Shown: positions 1 through 5,481 of the stretch, one piece after another
How the letters are laid out: each line of letters opens with the position of its first letter
How positions within the stretch are numbered: position 1 is the first letter of the stretch
Source: Nitrososphaerota archaeon
GTDB lineage: Archaea; Thermoproteota; Nitrososphaeria; Nitrososphaerales; UBA57
DNA length: 6,763 bases
Direction: 5' to 3'
NCBI GenBank assembly: GCA_013378385.1
Contig: JACAFS010000051.1
Span: 1 to 6,763, forward strand
Made by a program: the position numbers and the translations under genes
Notes under the pieces: generated by a model
Seen by the model: only the letters and a program-made list of their open reading frames with translations
The model's database searches: none
Told to the model about the DNA's origin: nothing

Positions 1-294
1 AAATTAGGAGGAGCAGGAGAAAAACTGGCAAAATTAATAGAAGATAGAACGGGAATAGAGACAAGACATATTGTGCTTGGACATTTAGCAAGAGGAGGAA
101 CACCATCTGCATTTGATAGAGTTTATGGAGCTAGATTAGGTTATGCGGCTATAAAACTAGTTTTAGAGAAAAAATGGGGACAAATGCTTACTTTGAGAGG
201 AACTGAGATTAAATCAATGTCTTTAGAAGATGGTGTAAAACAATTAAAAACTGTAACAAGTGATTATAAGGACTTAATTAAACAACTAACATAG
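1..294 (+). CDS. pfk: 6-phosphofructokinase, PFK-A family, C-terminal fragment (5' end lies upstream of the window)
   Basis: Frame 1 is open from base 1 and ends at TAG 292-294. It reads KLGGAGEKLAKLIEDRTGIETRHIVLGHLARGGTPSAFDRVYGARLGYAAIKLVLEKKWGQ.... The block ETR-x-(I/V)VLGH-x-x-RGG-x-P-x-x-x-DR...A-x-R-(L/M)G-x-x-A matches the remembered fructose-6-P-binding C-terminal signature of PfkA-type enzymes (E. coli: [35 protein letters not shown]). The track ORF starting at M73 is only an internal Met. ATP versus PPi specificity cannot be judged because the discriminating N-terminal residues are outside the window. Confidence 0.8.
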   Translation, partial: KLGGAGEKLAKLIEDRTGIETRHIVLGHLARGGTPSAFDRVYGARLGYAAIKLVLEKKWGQMLTLRGTEIKSMSLEDGVKQLKTVTSDYKDLIKQLT

Positions 295-323
295 TAAACT
301 TATAATAAGAAATTAAACGGTAC

Positions 324-346
324 AAAATATATGAAAAATTTTTATC
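324..346 (+). promoter_or_regulatory. Candidate archaeal TATA-like elements upstream of topIB
   Basis: AAAATATAT (324-332) and AAAATTTTTAT (335-345) lie about 25-50 nt upstream of the TTG 369 / ATG 378 starts, which fits TATA-to-TSS spacing with a short or absent leader. The background is very AT-rich, so specificity is low. Confidence 0.3.
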
Positions 347-368
347 CGAAATCAATGGATAAGGTAAG

Positions 369-2096
369 TTGATAAAAATGAAATGGAAAACATTGGGGCA
401 TAATGGGGTATTATTTCCACCAGAATACAACTACCAAAAAATATCAATTAAAGTTAAAGAAAAAAAGATATTGCTAAATAGAAAACAAGAAGAAATGGCA
501 TGGGCGTGGACAAAAAAGAGAGACACTCCATATGTACAGGATAAAGTTTTTATTAAAAATTTTACAAATGATTTTCTTGAGCAATTTGAAGAGAAATATA
601 ATAATTTATCAATTGATGATTTTGATTTCACAGAAATGATAAAGATACAAGAAAGAGAGAAAGAACATAATTCAAAACCGGAGATTAAAAAGAAATTAGC
701 AATAGAACGTAAAGAAAAAAGAGAAGTTCTGAAAGAGAGATATGGGTACGCGATAGTAAATGGTTCAAAAACTGAGGTAGGAAATTACATGGTAGAACCA
801 GCTTCAATTTTCATGGGAAGAGGAGAACATCCATTCAGAGGTAAATGGAAGAGAATGGCTGAACCAGAAGATATTGTATTAAATTTAGGAAAAAAAGCCA
901 AGGTTCCAACCTGTCCAATAAAAAATAAGACGTGGGGAAAGATCATACATAATAATGAATTTACATGGTTAGCGAAATGGCACGATCAATTAACAAATAA
1001 AGACAAATATGTTTGGTTATCAGATACATCAACAATACGACAAGAACAAGATAGAGTAAAATATGAAAAAGCCATAAACTTACAAAAATCGATTCTAAAG
1101 ATTAGAAAACATATCAATAACAGTCTAGCGTCGACAGATGAAAAGATACAGAAAATTGCCACTGTGACTTACCTGATTGATAATTTAGCAATGAGAGTAG
1201 GAGATGAGAAGGATGAAGATGAAGCAGATACTGTCGGAGCAACGACGTTAAGAGTAGAGCACATAGTAATTAATGGAAACAAGATAGAATTTGATTTCCT
1301 AGGAAAAGACAGTGTAAGATGGAAAAAGACTTTAGAAATAAAGGGAGATACACAGTTCATTAAAAACATTCAGAAATTTACCAAAGGGAAGAATCCGAAT
1401 GATGCGATTTTTGACAAGATATCTTCTACAGATGTAAATAAATTTCTGTCAGACAATAAAAAAGGAATTACTGCAAAAGTATTCAGGACTTTTCATGCGT
1501 CAAATCAAGTAAATGATTATTTAGACAAATGTGGATTAGAATCAAAAGATGATGATTATTTGAAGATTTATCATGCAAAGATGGCTAATTTAGAAGCGGC
1601 AGTACAGTGTAATCATAAAAAGACACCGACAAAAAACTGGGAAGAAGGTATGAAAAAGAAAGAAAATAAAATTAAAGATGTAAATAAGGAATTAAAAAAT
1701 ATTAAATCGTTAATAAAAAATCAAGAACATAAATGCGTAGTTTGTAACAAGGAGTTAAGCATCAATGGAGATAAAATAAAGTGTGAAGATGAGAAATTAC
1801 ACAAAGATGATAATAAGTTACTGAAAAAGGTAGAGAGGCAAAAAGTGCGTATTATAAAAGAGAAAGAACGTATCAACAATAAACAAAATAGAGTTGAAGA
1901 GAGATTGAATAAAATGAAATTGAAAGTTGAAGTAGATAAGAAGACTAAAGAATACAATCTTAATACATCATTAAGAAATTATATAGATCCTCGAATATAC
2001 AAGAATTGGTCAGAAAAAGTTGAACTAGATTGGAATAAATTATACCCAAAAACACTACAAAGAAAATTCCAATGGGTAGATAAAACGGAAAAATAA
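369..2096 (+). CDS. topIB: DNA topoisomerase IB, eukaryote-like long form (core subdomains I-III, coiled-coil linker, C-terminal catalytic Tyr domain)
   Basis: The ORF is 575 aa. The N-terminus KWKTLGHNGVLFPPEY parallels human TOP1 KWKFLEHKGPVFAPPYEP. MVEPASIFMGRGEHPFRGKWKRMAEPEDIVLN parallels [31 protein letters not shown]. The catalytic pentad is recognisable by motif: DTVGATTLRVEHI (Arg488 equivalent), FDFLGKDSVRW (Lys532), AKVFRTFHAS (Arg590), QCNHKK (His632) and SLRNYIDPRI (Tyr723 equivalent, codon 1980-1982). The track start is TTG 369. ATG 378 (MKWKTLGH...) is an equally or more plausible start, with an AAGGT Shine-Dalgarno-like element at 361-365. Confidence 0.93.
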   Translation: MIKMKWKTLGHNGVLFPPEYNYQKISIKVKEKKILLNRKQEEMAWAWTKKRDTPYVQDKVFIKNFTNDFLEQFEEKYNNLSIDDFDFTEMIKIQEREKEHNSKPEIKKKLAIERKEKREVLKERYGYAIVNGSKTEVGNYMVEPASIFMGRGEHPFRGKWKRMAEPEDIVLNLGKKAKVPTCPIKNKTWGKIIHNNEFTWLAKWHDQLTNKDKYVWLSDTSTIRQEQDRVKYEKAINLQKSILKIRKHINNSLASTDEKIQKIATVTYLIDNLAMRVGDEKDEDEADTVGATTLRVEHIVINGNKIEFDFLGKDSVRWKKTLEIKGDTQFIKNIQKFTKGKNPNDAIFDKISSTDVNKFLSDNKKGITAKVFRTFHASNQVNDYLDKCGLESKDDDYLKIYHAKMANLEAAVQCNHKKTPTKNWEEGMKKKENKIKDVNKELKNIKSLIKNQEHKCVVCNKELSINGDKIKCEDEKLHKDDNKLLKKVERQKVRIIKEKERINNKQNRVEERLNKMKLKVEVDKKTKEYNLNTSLRNYIDPRIYKNWSEKVELDWNKLYPKTLQRKFQWVDKTEK

Positions 2097-2099
2097 TAA
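2082..2099 (-). terminator. Possible oligo-T archaeal terminator for the thioredoxin-like gene, embedded in the 3' end of topIB
   Basis: On the minus strand, immediately downstream of the stop at 2105-2107, the sequence reads gatctcTTATTATTTTTCCGTTTTATC. This gives T5 (2093-2089) and T4 (2085-2082) runs, and oligo-T tracts are the usual archaeal termination signal. No comparable T5 or longer run follows the topIB stop on the plus strand until about 2361-2365. Confidence 0.25.
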
Positions 2100-2104
2100 G
2101 AGAT

Positions 2105-2638
2105 CTATTTAGCCCATTTAATAGAACAGCCTATACCATGAGTTTCAGAACTGGTAACAGCGCGTTCAGATAATAGTTCATCCAAAGCATTTCTTAGATC
2201 AGACGAAGTAACATTATCGGGATCTTTATTGTCATCAATACGACCGTGATATCTTAATTTCCTATCAATGTCAAATACAAATATTTCAGGAGTGAATGAA
2301 GCGCCATATGATGATGCAACACTTTGATCGTCGTCTCTTAGATAAGGAAAGTTATAAAATTTTTCAGTAACGCGGATTTGCATCTTTTCGAAGGTATCTT
2401 CGGGATAGTTAATAGTTTCATTGGAGTTAATAGCAACAAGAGAAACAGATTTGTCAGAATAATCTTTTTGAATTTGAATTAATCGATCTTCATATGCTTT
2501 TACAAATGGACAATGATTACAAGTGAACATAATTACAAGAAGTTTTTTGTCTGAAAAAGAAGATAAGCTATAGGAATTATTATCAGTAGCCTTTAAATTA
2601 AAATCAGGTGATGTTGTGCCAATAGAGATATGAGACAT
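2105..2638 (-). CDS. Thioredoxin-fold thiol-disulfide oxidoreductase, peroxiredoxin-like (PRX-like / AhpC-TSA-related) CxxC protein
   Basis: The ORF is 177 aa with an ATG start. PDFNL...LSSFSDKKLLVIMFTCNHCPFVKAY is the beta-alpha entry of a thioredoxin/redoxin fold, with a CNHC redox motif at the N-terminus of helix 1. The later FTPEIFVFD and the C-terminal GCSIKW are as I recall for the PRX-like CxxC subgroup. The exact substrate is unknown. Confidence 0.78.
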   Translation of the reverse strand: MSHISIGTTSPDFNLKATDNNSYSLSSFSDKKLLVIMFTCNHCPFVKAYEDRLIQIQKDYSDKSVSLVAINSNETINYPEDTFEKMQIRVTEKFYNFPYLRDDDQSVASSYGASFTPEIFVFDIDRKLRYHGRIDDNKDPDNVTSSDLRNALDELLSERAVTSSETHGIGCSIKWAK

Positions 2639-2721
2639 AAAAAATATTGACCATTAGTAAGTTTTAATGTTTTGCAAAGATTTAAAATTAAACATAGTGA
2701 GAATATAACTAACAGATTATT
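2639..2721. promoter_or_regulatory. 83-bp divergent promoter region between the thioredoxin-like gene (-) and nurA (+)
   Basis: This is the only spacer between the divergent starts at 2638 (-) and 2722 (+). TTTAAAATTAAA (2681-2692) is about 30-40 nt upstream of the nurA TTG. TTTTAATG (2662-2669; CATTAAAA on the minus strand) is about 25-30 nt upstream of the minus-strand ATG, which would give a near-leaderless transcript. The assignment rests on position and AT-rich TATA-like words only. Confidence 0.35.
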
Positions 2722-3825
2722 TTGATTATTCCTGGCGCACGAAAATTAATTAACAGACTAATTCCTGAAGTATCAAACAGGGAAATTGGAGATCCTCATA
2801 TACAAGGTGAAGGCATAGAAGTCTTTCCTTCAAAGAAAGAGAATTTCAGATTAATAAACAAGATAGAATCACCCAGAGACATTGCATTCGTAGATGGAGG
2901 AAATCTTGAACTAATAGGGGCGCCTAATTTTTCTATTCAATTAAACAGAGTATATGGGGCAAAATGGCATAATGATAGACGAATAACAAATAAGAGATTG
3001 GAGTTTTTTTCCGCAACATATTCAACGTCTTTGGTAGACAATCAGATTCAATATAAGACAATTTTTGAATTAGACTCGAATGAAATAAAATTTAGAAAAC
3101 TATTACCAAAAGAGGAAGATTTGTCTTTTGCCGCAAATGATCGAAGTATAATGAGTGGAAACCAAGTAGCGGATATATCAAGAGTGTCATCAATAGGAAG
3201 GAGATTTGCAGAATGGACTAATGCAACCGACTTAATTGATGAATTAAACGAGAATGATATTTTAATGATTGATGGAACTTTGCAGACGAATTTCACGAAT
3301 GAATCGACGTATCTTACGAATTTAAGGAGGAAAGCACGTGAAAAACGAGTAATTCTGTGTGGACTTTCAAAGACAAGTTCACTACAGACTACAACAGGGT
3401 TGTCACTATTAGGGAGTATAAACAGATTAGCTGAGGAAAATAGTATAGAAAGAGAATGGTATTATCCATTTGCAATATCCAGAGCTACCGACCATGACGT
3501 AATGATATTTATTATAAAACTATCAAGGAATTCCAATAGAATATTTCGTTTCGAAGTAGACAGAAAGACATTTGAAGAATTGAATGATTTACAGATTAAT
3601 GAAATTTTTTCTACTATAATGAGGAATTCTAATGATTTATCATTCATAGGATATCCATATGGGTTAATTGATGCAGACAATATGGCAAGAGTGTCATATG
3701 ATGAAAGTGACGAGTATAGAGGAATAATTACATCAGTATTAGCTAAATCAGGAGCGTCAAAAGAATTCTTGAGGCATATTCAAGCAAAAGATGCTCACGA
3801 TATATTGAACATGATACTAAAATAG
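2722..3825 (+). CDS. nurA: NurA 5'-3' nuclease (RNase H-like fold), partner of HerA
   Basis: The ORF is 367 aa. Three blocks match the NurA family pattern as I recall it from Sulfolobus NurA: IAFVDGGN (Asp codon 2893-2895; Sso FVAIDGGS), ILMIDGTL (Asp codon 3271-3273; Sso ILMDGSL) and GYPYGLIDADNMARVS (3649-3696; Sso GYPFPLLKAHMDVRFS). It sits immediately upstream of herA and mre11 on the same strand. The start is TTG 2722: an in-frame TAA lies at 2710-2712 and there is no ATG near the 5' end. Confidence 0.75.
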   Translation: MIIPGARKLINRLIPEVSNREIGDPHIQGEGIEVFPSKKENFRLINKIESPRDIAFVDGGNLELIGAPNFSIQLNRVYGAKWHNDRRITNKRLEFFSATYSTSLVDNQIQYKTIFELDSNEIKFRKLLPKEEDLSFAANDRSIMSGNQVADISRVSSIGRRFAEWTNATDLIDELNENDILMIDGTLQTNFTNESTYLTNLRRKAREKRVILCGLSKTSSLQTTTGLSLLGSINRLAEENSIEREWYYPFAISRATDHDVMIFIIKLSRNSNRIFRFEVDRKTFEELNDLQINEIFSTIMRNSNDLSFIGYPYGLIDADNMARVSYDESDEYRGIITSVLAKSGASKEFLRHIQAKDAHDILNMILK

Positions 3826-3893
3826 AGCCGGTTTGACAATGTGTAAAGAGTTATTGCTAAGAATGGATTTATTGGAATAAAATAACAAATAAT

Positions 3894-3898
3894 GGGGG
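3894..3898 (+). promoter_or_regulatory. Possible Shine-Dalgarno-like purine tract for herA
   Basis: GGGGGAAAG begins at 3894 and lies 6 nt upstream of TTG 3905. It is only partly complementary to the archaeal anti-SD (GGAGGTGA consensus). Confidence 0.3.
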
Positions 3899-3904
3899 AA
3901 AGTT

Positions 3905-5470
3905 TTGAATAATAAGGAAATAGATTTTGTTGGACAAGTAGTTTCGGGAGACGTTGCTGGAATATTAATTCGAGAGAAGAATGTAGGAAAGAATATAGAA
4001 TTAGGAGATTTATTGATTATTGATGAGGACGATAACAACTCAGTAATATTGAAGGTATTCGACCTAAGTTTTGGTAGTCAGATATCACCATCAAACATGG
4101 AACTAGCGGCAGGACTAAGTCTAGAAGGGATGGGAGATGAAATTGGTTTCTATGAATCTAATTTAAGAAACTATACATTAGCAAATGCGAAAGCAATAAT
4201 TAAGATAACAAAAGAAGGGATAAAAATTCCAAAGGTTCTTCCAAAGTTTTTTTCAAAGATACGATATGCTACAAAAGAGGATTTGCAATTCATCTCTAAA
4301 CCACCTGAAGATCCAGTTTATCTGGGAAATATAAGAAGTGGTTCAAAAGTACTAGATGATGTGCCAGTACAACTAAATGGAAACGATTTCTTCACTCATC
4401 ATGTCTTAATACCTGCCACTACGGGAAGAGGAAAGAGCAATTTAGTCAAAACAATGCTATGGAGTGTTCTGAAATTAGGAAAGTTTGGAGTATTGGTTTT
4501 AGATGCTCATGATGAATACTATGGAAGGCATGAATTAGGACTAAAAGACCACCAGAATGCAAAAGAGAAATTACGATATTATTCATCAGATGCGCCAGTA
4601 GGCAGTAATACACTTTTAATCAACATAAGGACAATTGCTCCTGAACACTTTGAGGGAATAATTAATTTTACTGAAGCTCAAAAACAAGCAATTTGGTTAT
4701 TCTCGAATACATTTAGAGAGAACTGGATTGAGAGAATTGTTCTCAGCGATGTTGGAGAATTCGAGGGATTAGTGCAAGACACTACATTAGCAGTTTTGCA
4801 AAGAAAATTAAGGACTTCTTTGGGAATATATCAGAAAGACGGTGAAATAATTTGTGATAACCCTGTATTTTCTCTTCAAGGTGGGGAATCTACATTGGAT
4901 GGAATAACTGGGCATTTACAAGATGGAAAGATTGTGATAATTGACACGTCGAAATTAGCAGATCAAACAGAATTATTGATAGGAAGTATGATTGCGAGCA
5001 AAGTATTTTACAGATATAGGGCTTCAAAAGGAAAAGGTCAGCTAACAGATAATTGTCCAATAAGTATAATCATAGAAGAAGCGCCCAGAGTATTATCGAA
5101 TGATCAATTACAAGAAGCTGGGGAAAACATCTATAGTACAATAGCCAGAGAAGGTAGAAAGTTCAAAGTAGGGTTAGTCGCAATAACACAGCTAACTAGT
5201 TTGATTCCGAAGATAATTCTAAGTAATCTTAATACAAAAATAATCTTAGGAAATGAAATGTCCGCGGAGAGAAGGTCAATAATCGATTGTGCAGCGCAAG
5301 ACCTATCAGAAGAAGACAGGACTATTGGAAGCTTGGACAAGGGAGAAGCAATTGTAAGTAGTGTATTTACAAAATTTGCAATTCCTATATACACTCCACT
5401 TTTTGAAGATATTGCACGTCGTGAATCAAAGAAAGATAATAAAGACGATTATGAATTAAAATTAGATTGA
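3905..5470 (+). CDS. herA: HerA-type hexameric DNA translocase/helicase (FtsK-HerA superfamily, DUF87 ATPase)
   Basis: The ORF is 521 aa. The N-terminal [16 protein letters not shown]...GDLLIID resembles a HAS-barrel. Walker A is [12 protein letters not shown] (4415-4438). Walker B is ISIIIEEAP (5060-5083), where a His is more usual after EEA. The arginine-finger region [15 protein letters not shown] is typical of HerA/DUF87. The start is TTG 3905, the first start codon after the in-frame TAA at 3890-3892, and it is preceded by a GGGGG run at 3894-3898. Confidence 0.9.
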   Translation: MNNKEIDFVGQVVSGDVAGILIREKNVGKNIELGDLLIIDEDDNNSVILKVFDLSFGSQISPSNMELAAGLSLEGMGDEIGFYESNLRNYTLANAKAIIKITKEGIKIPKVLPKFFSKIRYATKEDLQFISKPPEDPVYLGNIRSGSKVLDDVPVQLNGNDFFTHHVLIPATTGRGKSNLVKTMLWSVLKLGKFGVLVLDAHDEYYGRHELGLKDHQNAKEKLRYYSSDAPVGSNTLLINIRTIAPEHFEGIINFTEAQKQAIWLFSNTFRENWIERIVLSDVGEFEGLVQDTTLAVLQRKLRTSLGIYQKDGEIICDNPVFSLQGGESTLDGITGHLQDGKIVIIDTSKLADQTELLIGSMIASKVFYRYRASKGKGQLTDNCPISIIIEEAPRVLSNDQLQEAGENIYSTIAREGRKFKVGLVAITQLTSLIPKIILSNLNTKIILGNEMSAERRSIIDCAAQDLSEEDRTIGSLDKGEAIVSSVFTKFAIPIYTPLFEDIARRESKKDNKDDYELKLD

Positions 5471-5473
5471 GGA
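5469..5473 (+). promoter_or_regulatory. Shine-Dalgarno-like site for mre11, overlapping the herA stop codon
   Basis: In tGAGGAaag, the GAGG at 5469-5472 overlaps the herA TGA (5468-5470) and lies 9 nt upstream of ATG 5482. This is the arrangement expected for translational coupling within an operon. Confidence 0.45.
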
Positions 5474-5481
5474 AAGATACA

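Noticed and set aside
299-309. Short palindrome CTTAT-A-ATAAG just after the pfk stop
   Set aside because: The 5-bp arms are in extremely AT-rich sequence and have no statistical weight. It cannot form a stable hairpin with a 1-nt loop. It may simply be a TATA-like word.
369-377. TTG 369 as the topIB start (MIKMKWK...)
   Set aside because: This is not firmly rejected, but ATG 378 (MKWKTLGH) is three codons downstream and corresponds to the start of conserved core subdomain I. The AAGGT at 361-365 is too close (3 nt) to TTG 369. I kept the track coordinates and flagged the alternative.
431-631. 66-aa minus-strand ORF inside topIB, and the similar ORFs at 1169-1369 and 1721-1957
   Set aside because: These are antisense to a strongly supported CDS. 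Their translations are S/F/L/I-rich low-complexity strings, as expected from the reverse complement of K/E/N-rich codons in AT-rich DNA. They have no recognisable motifs or upstream signals.
3048-3296. Minus-strand ORFs inside nurA (3048-3296 and 3462-3680)
   Set aside because: They are antisense to nurA, have low-complexity composition and show no independent evidence.
3839-3880. 13-codon small ORF (MCKELLLRMDLLE) in the nurA-herA spacer
   Set aside because: It has no RBS or promoter evidence, and an ORF of this length is expected by chance. It cannot be supported from sequence alone.
3817-4038. 73-aa minus-strand ORF spanning the nurA-herA spacer and the herA 5' end
   Set aside because: It overlaps the conserved HerA N-terminal barrel in antisense. 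Its translation ([14 protein letters not shown]...) has no motifs, and it would leave herA without a promoter or RBS region.
2722-5470. NurA + HerA as a stand-alone anti-phage or novel defence module
   Set aside because: herA is followed after 11 nt by a motif-complete mre11 with an SD overlapping the herA stop. No mobile-element, toxin, restriction or other defence-type genes are present, and the neighbours are housekeeping genes (pfk, topIB, redoxin). The canonical DSB-repair interpretation explains everything that is visible.
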